From positions 32,001-96,000 of the IMG/VR virus record IMGVR_UViG_3300036958_000333: DNA of 64,000 bases. One strand, written 5' to 3'. Source of the DNA: a virus. Lineage: Duplodnaviria; Caudoviricetes. Below the pieces are notes generated by a model. The model was not told the origin of the DNA. It worked only from the letters and a program-made list of their open reading frames with translations, and did no database searches. Position 1 is the stretch's first letter. Every line of letters begins with the position of its first letter. The position numbers and the translations under genes are program-made. Shown piece after piece: positions 19,146 through 28,371 of this stretch.

Positions 19146-19447
19146 TTAAAAAAAAAGTAGATAAAATTGAATTAATTAAATTAAATATTTGGAGTCAAAC
19201 TGTTGAATTTTCTTATATTTCTGAAAATATAAAAAGAAAATGGAAAGAAAAAATATGGGTTCATGCTTCTAACAAAAAAGAAACTATAAAATTAATAAAT
19301 AAATTTATAGATAGTAAATTAAATGAATTCAAATATTTAGAATTAAATGTAAAACTATATAAAGATTTAAAAAATAGTAAAAAAATATCTAATAGCTTAT
19401 TTCCAAAAGTTTATGGACAAATAATTTATATAGATGATAAAAATTAA
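19142..19447 (+). CDS. hypothetical protein
   Basis: ATGA overlap with the upstream ORF. Confidence 0.55.
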   Translation: MIKKKVDKIELIKLNIWSQTVEFSYISENIKRKWKEKIWVHASNKKETIKLINKFIDSKLNEFKYLELNVKLYKDLKNSKKISNSLFPKVYGQIIYIDDKN

Positions 19448-19479
19448 ACAAAAAGTTAATATATAAATAAGGTGATAAA

Positions 19480-19995
19480 ATGTTAATTTATATTCTCGAT
19501 GATTCGCTATTAGATTCCAATGTATTAAAAGATATAATAGAAAATGGCGATATAGAAAAGAAATTTACAATTAACATAGAAAATAATCCAACTATTGGAA
19601 AGAAATTTATATTAAACAATTATAACAATATAGATTTATTGTTTTTAGATATTCAAATGCCTAAAATAAATGGTATTGATATATTAAGAAACATGATAGA
19701 AAATAATATATCAATACCTACAATAATATATTCTGATTTTATAAATCAATATAAATCTGATATTAATCAATTTAATATATTAAAATCATTAAAAAAAGAA
19801 AATATATTATCAGATAATGAAAATAATCAAAAAATAATAGCCGAAATATTTGTTCAATTAAATTTTTATAAATCATGTATGTTATTAAATAAAACATTAT
19901 CAGATTTTATAAAAAAAAGAAAAAAATACAACGGAGATCTTTATAATATATTAAATGATTTAAAAAAGAATATTGCTAATGGGTATAAAGTTTGA
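19480..19995 (+). CDS. orphan response regulator receiver protein
   Basis: IYILDD, LLFLDIQMPKING, IIYS. Confidence 0.85.
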   Translation: MLIYILDDSLLDSNVLKDIIENGDIEKKFTINIENNPTIGKKFILNNYNNIDLLFLDIQMPKINGIDILRNMIENNISIPTIIYSDFINQYKSDINQFNILKSLKKENILSDNENNQKIIAEIFVQLNFYKSCMLLNKTLSDFIKKRKKYNGDLYNILNDLKKNIANGYKV

Positions 19996-20278
19996 AAAAT
20001 TTTATCTTGTTGATTTTCGTGGAAAAAACGGAAATATAATATTAAGATTTATTCATATTGAAAATGGTAAAAAAATAAAATGTAATACTCATGAAATAAT
20101 AGGAATATTGCAATCTTCTGAAATTCAAATACAAACAAAATTTTCTACAGAAAAAACATTAACAATTATCAAAGATAGTAGAAATTTAAGAAATATAAAT
20201 ATTGGTGATCCAATAAATATATATTATATTCCGGTTTCTATTTCTGAAAATTCAAAATTTTATTATTTAAATTATTAA
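19973..20278 (+). CDS. hypothetical protein
   Basis: ORF in operon context. Confidence 0.5.
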   Translation: MLMGIKFEKFYLVDFRGKNGNIILRFIHIENGKKIKCNTHEIIGILQSSEIQIQTKFSTEKTLTIIKDSRNLRNINIGDPINIYYIPVSISENSKFYYLNY

Positions 20279-20299
20279 TTCAATACATATATATTAAGT

Positions 20300-21358
20300 A
20301 TGTATATTGAAGAATTTAAAACATTTCCTACTAGAACAATAGAAGAAAGATTTAGAGTAGATAAACTAGATTTTGTTGCTAATAATTTTTTTAAATATTT
20401 AGAGGCAACTTATTTAGAAATAGAAGAGTTAGATAAAGAAAAATATTACTGCAAAGATGTTAATTATAATTACGACAATAATGTAACATGGAGATCTAAA
20501 AACGATGATCCAAGTTTTTTAAATAATTTAGAATACATGGAAGATGATTACTTTTTATATATATCAAACAAACAAGATTTCAATTATGGAATATATAAAA
20601 TTAATCGTGTTATTTTTAGAAATGAAGAATTAGAAAAAGAAGAAAAGGAAAAAGGATATAAAAACAAATTCGATATCATAGTAGATACAAGTGGACTATA
20701 TGGAGCCATATCTTATAGAGAAAAAGAAGATATATTTGAAGCTCAAATAATAAAAGGAGAATATAAAAAATTAAGGGATGTTCATTTTATTGATTTGTCA
20801 AATAATAATATATCATATGAATATTACGAACCTTATTTTATAATAGCAGATGTCTCAGATTATGCTGATTATAAATATAATTCTATAACAAATATTGATA
20901 ATGGAATAATAAAATCATCAATCTATAAATTAAGCCCATATCGTTTTGTTTGTAAAGATATAATAAAAGAAAGAAATCAACACAATAAAGATATATTAGT
21001 AATATATTCTAGTAAAGGAGATATTGTTTTAAATGAAGGTATTCATAAGATACACACTTCGTCGGTATATAAATTAGATGGATCTGATTATTGTGATTTG
21101 TGGTTAACTGAACCGTTAAATTATGATGAAGAAAAAACAAACATTATTGCTTCTATAATTGACTTTAGACAAGGAAACTTAATATCTAATCCAAAGAAAT
21201 TACAAGGACGAGGATCAATAAGCATACAATTAGATACAGAATCAGATAAAGTTTATTATAAAATAATCATTAATACAATTCCAACATTCATAAATTGGTC
21301 TTATTATATAATAAACTATCTTTTAACTGGAGTTTATGATAAACTTCCATGGAACTAG
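20300..21358 (+). CDS. putative structural protein, partly paralogous to 22463-23650
   Basis: shares YGIYKINRV...FDIIVDTSGLYG with QGYYIIKSV...FEITIDPTGEYG. Confidence 0.5.
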   Translation: MYIEEFKTFPTRTIEERFRVDKLDFVANNFFKYLEATYLEIEELDKEKYYCKDVNYNYDNNVTWRSKNDDPSFLNNLEYMEDDYFLYISNKQDFNYGIYKINRVIFRNEELEKEEKEKGYKNKFDIIVDTSGLYGAISYREKEDIFEAQIIKGEYKKLRDVHFIDLSNNNISYEYYEPYFIIADVSDYADYKYNSITNIDNGIIKSSIYKLSPYRFVCKDIIKERNQHNKDILVIYSSKGDIVLNEGIHKIHTSSVYKLDGSDYCDLWLTEPLNYDEEKTNIIASIIDFRQGNLISNPKKLQGRGSISIQLDTESDKVYYKIIINTIPTFINWSYYIINYLLTGVYDKLPWN

Positions 21359-21367
21359 GAATTTAAA

Positions 21368-22087
21368 ATGACTATAATTTATAATACTCCATATCAAAAA
21401 ATATTTATAAAAAAACAAAATTTAAATAATTTTTTGTTAAAAATATTAGATCTATTAACATACAAAAAAATAAATTTACCAAAAAATTTAAAAATAAACA
21501 AATTTCATGAAGATAACTATAAAAAAGAAATAAAAGATATAAAAAATATAGATATAATAGAAGATTTAGATAATGAAACCAAAAATCATTATAAATATAT
21601 AAAAAAGTGTTATGAAGATACAAACATAGGAAAAAAACATATTAAAATTTATAAAATTGATAGAGCATTATTTGAAACTAATTGGGAAGAAGATAAATGG
21701 AATGAACATATTGATCTTAAAGGATTAATAGGTATAAAATTTCAAAACTCCGATATTGGATTAAGTCTAATGAATTTATTTAATTTAAGATTTTTAATTG
21801 GATTTAAAATTCAAGATTTATTTGAATTATTTAAAATTATGGAATTTAATGAAAAAATTAGTTCTACGCCAAATAAACCAAATTATATATTTTTATTTAC
21901 AAATATAGATTTATGGCCATATCAAAAAACATGGAGATTAACTATAAGTAGAGGAAATATAGATTCTATAGAATATAATATATTAGCACAAGATCTTATT
22001 TCTGATTATTTTCAAAATACTGGATCTATTTTTGTTCCTAAAATAGATTATATTAAATTTAATGAACAAAAAAATGGAAAAAATTAA
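21368..22087 (+). CDS. hypothetical protein
   Basis: 239-aa ORF with AGGA RBS. Confidence 0.6.
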   Translation: MTIIYNTPYQKIFIKKQNLNNFLLKILDLLTYKKINLPKNLKINKFHEDNYKKEIKDIKNIDIIEDLDNETKNHYKYIKKCYEDTNIGKKHIKIYKIDRALFETNWEEDKWNEHIDLKGLIGIKFQNSDIGLSLMNLFNLRFLIGFKIQDLFELFKIMEFNEKISSTPNKPNYIFLFTNIDLWPYQKTWRLTISRGNIDSIEYNILAQDLISDYFQNTGSIFVPKIDYIKFNEQKNGKN

Positions 22088-22098
22088 TAGGAAAAATT

Positions 22099-22521
22099 AT
22101 GATTAGTTTTTTATCTGGAATACATTTTTATAAGTCTCAATATCCAAAATCTACTGGATTAATAAAAACTAGTAATAATAGAGATTGGATTGACTGTTCT
22201 ATTAATAGTATTGGAATACAAAATGCTTCTTTGTTTTGTATTGGTATTCCAAATAGAAAAATAGAAGATTTCTATGAATATTTTACAAACAATAATATAA
22301 TTTGGTATAAACTATATTTTAATAATGCTGGAAAAATATTTAAAATATTAAAAGTTAATTCTTTTAATTTAAAATCTTCTGATATATTAAATTATAATAA
22401 ACTATATCCTTTATATGAATATAAATTATCTTCATATGTAAGAGACGTAAATTATACGGAAGATGGTGAATATAGTACTTATATTGATTTTAAAATTAAT
22501 TACGGAAATAATTATGAATAA
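22099..22521 (+). CDS. hypothetical protein
   Basis: 140-aa ORF with AGGA RBS. Confidence 0.6.
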   Translation: MISFLSGIHFYKSQYPKSTGLIKTSNNRDWIDCSINSIGIQNASLFCIGIPNRKIEDFYEYFTNNNIIWYKLYFNNAGKIFKILKVNSFNLKSSDILNYNKLYPLYEYKLSSYVRDVNYTEDGEYSTYIDFKINYGNNYE

Positions 22522-23650
22522 ATATCCTATTTCTTTCAAGAATATTTATGAAGGAGTTGTTTGTTCTCAAGATTCTAGAATATCTGTATTTTGGACCGGG
22601 CCATTAGGAGCTCCAGCAGGAACAAAAGATTCTCAATGGTTAATAGAACCTGGAGAAATAAAATTATATAATAATTCATCTGAGCCATATAAAAATATGC
22701 AAAATATTACTTTTATTTGTGAATTTGATTCTGAAACAAATCTTGCCCCTGGGCCAGGTGGATATAATGCAAAACAATCTCCAGGATCTGATCCAAGACC
22801 ATTGTTATTAAAAGAATCTACTGAAATAGTTCCTTCTGATAAGTATATAAGTTATCAACAAAGATCGGATTTTACAGATGGAGAAGTTTTATCTGGTACA
22901 GGAGATGGAACAATATTTTTAACATCAGCTAAATTAGAGATTTGGATACCATTTTGTAATTATCCTCAAGATGAAGAATCAGAACTTGTAGATGAATATA
23001 TTATACCACCAGAAAGAGATGATCCTAATTTTTCTAATTGGGTCGGTGGATCTAATCGCGACGAAGGATTTGTTGATAAATACTATAAAAATCAAATATT
23101 ACATATAAAAACGTCTGGAAATAATCAAGGATATTATATTATTAAAAGTGTTTCATGGAATGGATCAGAATTTGAAATTACAATAGATCCTACTGGAGAA
23201 TATGGAGGATTGTATAAAGAAAATGGATTGTCTGGAAACATATTAGCAAATATGCCAGGATCAAAAAGATTTGAGATAGAATATATAGATGGAATATATT
23301 ATTGTGACGGTTGGGTTGATACTTTAGGAGAAAATACTGATAGACCTGGGTATTATTATTATACAAAACCTAATAATATAACCCAACAAGCCGTAGATAT
23401 TCAAACAGAATTACAAGAAAATGCAAGTTCGTATACGTGTGAGATAATTATAAACCCAGTAGGATCAAATCTTAAAGAATATATACCACTACATATTTTT
23501 CAAATTGTTCCATATTGGCTAATTGAAAGTAAAATTGATTCTAATGATATTATACCGGCATGGAAATTTACATTAAAAAGTATAGTAAGAGAAATAGATA
23601 AATTAAGTTCAAGAATTAAAAATTATTGGGAAAATCTTGATGGATCATAA
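22463..23650 (+). CDS. putative structural protein (true start probably 22514)
   Basis: Gly/Pro-rich acidic protein; shares a motif with 20300-21358. Confidence 0.5.
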   Translation: MVNIVLILILKLITEIIMNKYPISFKNIYEGVVCSQDSRISVFWTGPLGAPAGTKDSQWLIEPGEIKLYNNSSEPYKNMQNITFICEFDSETNLAPGPGGYNAKQSPGSDPRPLLLKESTEIVPSDKYISYQQRSDFTDGEVLSGTGDGTIFLTSAKLEIWIPFCNYPQDEESELVDEYIIPPERDDPNFSNWVGGSNRDEGFVDKYYKNQILHIKTSGNNQGYYIIKSVSWNGSEFEITIDPTGEYGGLYKENGLSGNILANMPGSKRFEIEYIDGIYYCDGWVDTLGENTDRPGYYYYTKPNNITQQAVDIQTELQENASSYTCEIIINPVGSNLKEYIPLHIFQIVPYWLIESKIDSNDIIPAWKFTLKSIVREIDKLSSRIKNYWENLDGS

Positions 23651-25442
23651 TTTTATAAATTTAGAAGAAAATAAAAATAAAATATTATGTTCTTCTGGAT
23701 CTAATTATTTTGTTGTAAAATCTGATGGATCTGTTAATAGATGTTTCAGTGATTTAACTTATCTTGGTGATATGTTAGAATATCCTAGTTTTGTTAAAAA
23801 AAAAGCAACAGAATGTGTTGTTGGATATAAATGCGACGCTTCATGTGATCAAATGTTTTGTACTCAATGGAATAATCCAAGAAAAAGAGATTTCTATGAA
23901 AATAATCCTGTTTGTATAAAATGGAAAGATAATGATCCAAATAATTTAAATTTAAATGGATCTTTTTTTGTAATTTATTTAACAGATAAGTGTAATTTTA
24001 ATTGTCCATATTGTTGTAATTATTATCCAGACGGTATAAAAGAACGGCCAATAAATTATAATGAAAGAACAACGAGCGATTGGATTAAGTTTTTTGATAT
24101 ATTAAAAAATAATTTAAATATTGTTCAATTAAATTTTAATGGAGGAGAACCATTATTAAGAGATGATATAGATATTATATTATTTAATGCTTTAAAAAAT
24201 AATTTTGATTGCTCTTTAGTAACAAATTTTTCTGTATTTAAAAGTTTAGAAAAAATATTAAATAAAGATATTAATAATAAAGAAAATTTACAATTTTCTA
24301 TAACATTGCATCCAATAAATACTATATACAATTTTAATAAAATATTAAAATATATATTATTATTTAAAGAATGTGGATATAAAATAAGGATATCTTTATT
24401 AGGTTGGAAAGAAAACTTAAAATACCATGAAAGATATAAAATAATATTTAATGAAATAGGAATAGATTATTGGTTAAAGTGGTGTGGTGGATATTCGTAT
24501 GATCAAAATACTATTGATTATTTGATAAAAGAAGGTGCCGGAAAATCAACGGCAAAATATTTATATGAAAACAATTTATTAGATAACAATACTAGTAATT
24601 ATAAATGTACTGCTGGAATAGATTATTTTATAATAGATAATGAAGGAATGGCTTATAAATGTTATGGAGTATATCATAATAAAAAAAATATATTATTTAA
24701 TTTAAATAATTATAAAAACTTTAATTTTAATAATTTAAATTCAAATTGTAATAAAATGAATTGTTTTAAAGATTGTGAAGGATATAAAGTAGAAGTATGG
24801 AATAATAAAAATATAAAAATATGGAATAACATTTATTGGAGACCTAGATTAGATTCAATCAAAGATATAAGTTTAGACAATATATTTTTTCAAATAGATA
24901 TGGTATTAGGATGTTTTAATAATTGTCCTTATTGTTTTATCGAAAACAAGAATTGTAGAAATAAAAAAGATATAAAATTTATTGATACAGAAAAATTATT
25001 AAATTTAATAAAACATATTTCAAATATAAAAAAAGGATATAAATTTATTAATATATCTGGATCAGGAGAACAATTAATACATAATGATTTTGTAAAAATA
25101 TGTAATACTTTTACAGAATATGGTTTTAATATTGAATTAATAACTTCTGGACTTTTATATAGTAAAAAATTATTTTTATTAAAAAATAAAGAAAAAATAA
25201 ATATTATAATAAGTTTTCATCCATCTAGTAAAAACTGGAATTATAATAAAATGAATACATTATTATATAATCTAAAAAATGAAAAATTTAGATCATTAAA
25301 TTCTACTTTCGTAAAATATGAAGGAAATATGAGTTTTTATAACGAAATAAAAAACTTAACAAAAAAATACAAAATGTTTATGCACGAAATAGAACATAGA
25401 AAAAAAATCGAATTTATAAAACAACAAAATAATAATTTATAA
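23637..25442 (+). CDS. tandem radical SAM protein: SPASM-like, rSAM, SPASM-like, rSAM
   Basis: CxxxCxxC motifs CNFNCPYC and CFNNCPYC; GGEPLL and GSGEQL; Cys clusters CSSG...DGSVNRC...C and CTAG...EGMAYKC...C. Confidence 0.85.
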   Translation: MMDHNFINLEENKNKILCSSGSNYFVVKSDGSVNRCFSDLTYLGDMLEYPSFVKKKATECVVGYKCDASCDQMFCTQWNNPRKRDFYENNPVCIKWKDNDPNNLNLNGSFFVIYLTDKCNFNCPYCCNYYPDGIKERPINYNERTTSDWIKFFDILKNNLNIVQLNFNGGEPLLRDDIDIILFNALKNNFDCSLVTNFSVFKSLEKILNKDINNKENLQFSITLHPINTIYNFNKILKYILLFKECGYKIRISLLGWKENLKYHERYKIIFNEIGIDYWLKWCGGYSYDQNTIDYLIKEGAGKSTAKYLYENNLLDNNTSNYKCTAGIDYFIIDNEGMAYKCYGVYHNKKNILFNLNNYKNFNFNNLNSNCNKMNCFKDCEGYKVEVWNNKNIKIWNNIYWRPRLDSIKDISLDNIFFQIDMVLGCFNNCPYCFIENKNCRNKKDIKFIDTEKLLNLIKHISNIKKGYKFINISGSGEQLIHNDFVKICNTFTEYGFNIELITSGLLYSKKLFLLKNKEKINIIISFHPSSKNWNYNKMNTLLYNLKNEKFRSLNSTFVKYEGNMSFYNEIKNLTKKYKMFMHEIEHRKKIEFIKQQNNNL

Positions 25443-26327
25443 TTTTTTTATTACATTATAATTTAATTTTATTAAATTAATTGATTTTGAGGAACAAAAA
25501 GTTTCTATTAGGTTTAAATATTTTTTGTTTTCATCATGATCAACAAAATTAATATGATTTATAACTATTTTATTTTTTAATAATGTTTCTATATTTTTTA
25601 TAAAATTATCATGATCAAATAATGGACTCGTTGGATGATAACTAATATTAAAACTAATAAAAGCTAATAAATTCTCGTTATTTAATTTTATTTTATTAAA
25701 ATTATCTGCAAATTTATCTAAATCAACGTTAATAAGAGAAGAAACTATTGTTGTATAAAAATGTAATTCAATGATTTGATTAAAAAATTCATAAAAATTC
25801 GGATGATAAAGAGGCTCCCCCATTCCGCATACTACAGCATGTTTCTCTCCTTTTTTATGATAATTAATAAATTTTAAAAAATTAATACATTTTTCTATAT
25901 TCATAAATTCAATTTTATGTCTATTATTTACAGTATTGTCACAATAAATACAATTATTTATACAACCATTTACAATATCTAATATAACACTATAATGACT
26001 TCTATTTAAATCTTTAAATTCGTTAACGTATCTACATGGATAACAAAACGATGAATTTGAAACCCTTTTTCCGTTTATCCATTGCTGAGTGTTCAACCCG
26101 TCACATTGAGGATTACATGTTCTACAATTGCAAATTGGATTTATATTTAATAAATTTTCATTTAATTCATGATTTATATCAAATATTTTAAGATCATCAT
26201 TATAACTAAAATTATGAGCATTACATTTAAAAACATCTCCATTATATCTTATATAAACATAATCTATTCCTCCAGTACATATTATCTCATCTATATCATA
26301 TAATTTTTTAAACATAAATTTCCTCAT
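25437..26327 (-). CDS. radical SAM protein with N-terminal SPASM-like Cys cluster
   Basis: CTGG...NGDVFKC...CNCRTCNPQC, then CINNCIYC and GMGEPLYHP. Confidence 0.85.
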   Translation of the reverse strand: MRKFMFKKLYDIDEIICTGGIDYVYIRYNGDVFKCNAHNFSYNDDLKIFDINHELNENLLNINPICNCRTCNPQCDGLNTQQWINGKRVSNSSFCYPCRYVNEFKDLNRSHYSVILDIVNGCINNCIYCDNTVNNRHKIEFMNIEKCINFLKFINYHKKGEKHAVVCGMGEPLYHPNFYEFFNQIIELHFYTTIVSSLINVDLDKFADNFNKIKLNNENLLAFISFNISYHPTSPLFDHDNFIKNIETLLKNKIVINHINFVDHDENKKYLNLIETFCSSKSINLIKLNYNVIKKL

Positions 26328-27293
26328 TTTGTAAATGTAACTATCTTGAAATTTTCCATAATAAAAATATATATAAAAAATATAATATGTTTATTTATTA
26401 AAATTATTCAAATATTCAATTGCTTTATGTTTTAGTACATCTTTGCAAAGACAATGATATATTCTTGATTTATGAAAATTATCATTAAAATAATTCAAAC
26501 ATTCTATAAACATAGAAGATTCACTAAACATTATAATATAATTATTTTCAAGAAAGCTTTTATTTATAAGATCGAGCCATTCTGTTGTTTTTATATTATT
26601 TTTATGTAGAAATTTTGAAAAAAATAATGAAATAGTTACTTCTTCGGCCCAATAATATTTAAAAAGATCAATACCAGGACGCTCATGCAAGATTTTAAAA
26701 ACAAAGTCGCTGACTTTATTTTTATTAATTAAAAAGTAATTTAAAATTTCGGTTTTATTTATATCTTTTTTATTTTTAATAAAAATAGTACAAGAATTTA
26801 TCCAAAAAAAATCAATATTATCATATTTTTCAATATTTAAATATCCACTGGGTGAAAACCAATTAAAAACTTTTATTTTATTATAAAAATCATTAAACAT
26901 ATTATAAATTGATGTTATATTATCATTTAACATACAATCCGTATCTACATATAATATACTATCACACCCATAATCATAATAAAATATTGTTTTAATTTTA
27001 TCAATCCATACTCTATAAAACTTTTTCATTTTAACTTGTTTTTCTGTAAAAAGAAAATCATCTCGTAATTTAATATTAAAATTTTTTAATAATTCAAATA
27101 AAACTTTAAATTCTTTATCTTTATAATATCCTCCACTAGTTTTTTCACAAAAAATTCTGTAATCTTCAGTTCCAAGATTAATAATAATATCATTTTGTAA
27201 ATTATGTTTCATTGCACAAACGCAAAAATATATTAATGTATACAAATCCTTTTTTAAATTATTTGTAAATGTAACTATCTTAAAATTTTCCAT
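26328..27293. repeat. 32-bp direct repeat (26328-26359 and 27262-27293), one mismatch
   Basis: TTTGTAAATGTAACTATCTT(G/A)AAATTTTCCAT at both positions. Confidence 0.9.
26391..27293 (-). CDS. putative GT-A fold (GT8/nucleotide-diphospho-sugar transferase-like) protein
   Basis: ILYVDTDC DxD motif, INS, and EE motif placed as in GT8-like enzymes. Confidence 0.55.
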   Translation of the reverse strand: MENFKIVTFTNNLKKDLYTLIYFCVCAMKHNLQNDIIINLGTEDYRIFCEKTSGGYYKDKEFKVLFELLKNFNIKLRDDFLFTEKQVKMKKFYRVWIDKIKTIFYYDYGCDSILYVDTDCMLNDNITSIYNMFNDFYNKIKVFNWFSPSGYLNIEKYDNIDFFWINSCTIFIKNKKDINKTEILNYFLINKNKVSDFVFKILHERPGIDLFKYYWAEEVTISLFFSKFLHKNNIKTTEWLDLINKSFLENNYIIMFSESSMFIECLNYFNDNFHKSRIYHCLCKDVLKHKAIEYLNNFNK

Positions 27294-28177
27294 TATTGAT
27301 CTATTAATTTTGGATAATTATCTTTGAATTTAGTTATGGTTTCATTTATTTTATCAATATATTCAAATTTTTCTAGTATTTTATAAATTATATTGTTTAA
27401 AGAAAAATCAGGATTAACAATATCATTTCTTGCTATTTGACTATTAAATTTACGATCAATATCATTATAAGGTTCTCTTCTAAAACTTTTTAACATATGT
27501 AAATTCATTTTTAATATATCATAAGAAGATTTAATGTTATTTTCTTTGATTTGAATATATTGTTTTAATTCGTCTTTATCCAATTTAAATTCTTCATTAT
27601 CAAAAAAATAATTATACATTTTTAATTCTATTTCATGTCTATTTATTTCATCTAGATCTAAAGATATTTTTCTTGCCCATGAAATGGCCTGATCTAAACA
27701 AGATTTATAATAAGAATGAATTCCGCTAGAAGAATCTTTTGTATTTTTACGTGGTTTTTTAATCCATTTATCTTTTAAAACATCATAAATTCCATTAAAA
27801 ATTTCTTCTGAAGATGTTTTATTTGATATGTAAAAATTTATTTTGTGATCTGTTCCGCTTAATAAATTACCATTAGGAAGTAATTTTCTTATTCTTTCTA
27901 TTCTATCTTTATTTAAAGAAATTTCAATATTAATATCAATATCAGATTGATCATTATACTGATATCCGGCCATAGAACCAACCAGTTTTATAGCATCTGG
28001 TTTTTTATCTATTTTTAAATTTTTCATCCACTCATAAAATATACTTAATATTTTTTCTTTTACAAATGGTTTTAATAATTTATCTTCTTTTCTCCATATA
28101 TCATTACATAAATTATCTCTAACTGGGTCTAAAATAGATTCTTTTAAATAAGAACCATATGTTTTTAATTCAGACAT
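27293..28177 (-). CDS. Pol-beta-like nucleotidyltransferase with capsid-targeting-like N-terminus
   Basis: LVGSMAGYQYNDQSDIDINI (GS...DxD); N-terminus KTYGSYLKE. Confidence 0.8.
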   Translation of the reverse strand: MSELKTYGSYLKESILDPVRDNLCNDIWRKEDKLLKPFVKEKILSIFYEWMKNLKIDKKPDAIKLVGSMAGYQYNDQSDIDINIEISLNKDRIERIRKLLPNGNLLSGTDHKINFYISNKTSSEEIFNGIYDVLKDKWIKKPRKNTKDSSSGIHSYYKSCLDQAISWARKISLDLDEINRHEIELKMYNYFFDNEEFKLDKDELKQYIQIKENNIKSSYDILKMNLHMLKSFRREPYNDIDRKFNSQIARNDIVNPDFSLNNIIYKILEKFEYIDKINETITKFKDNYPKLIDQ

Positions 28178-28371
28178 GATAATTTAATCCTTTCATGTAT
28201 TTTTGGTATAGCGGAAACAATTATGTTTTCACCTTTATATAATATTGAAATATTTGTTTTTTCATTTTCTTTTAATATTCTTAAAAATTGAATAAAATTA
28301 TCCCTTAAATCATAAGGAACGTAATACTCCTTATAAACAAATTTATTTATATATTTATTAAACTTTTTCAT
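28165..28371 (-). CDS. small hypothetical protein
   Basis: TAATG coupling to the upstream gene; MKKFNKYI start. Confidence 0.5.
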   Translation of the reverse strand: MKKFNKYINKFVYKEYYVPYDLRDNFIQFLRILKENEKTNISILYKGENIIVSAIPKIHERIKLSCLN

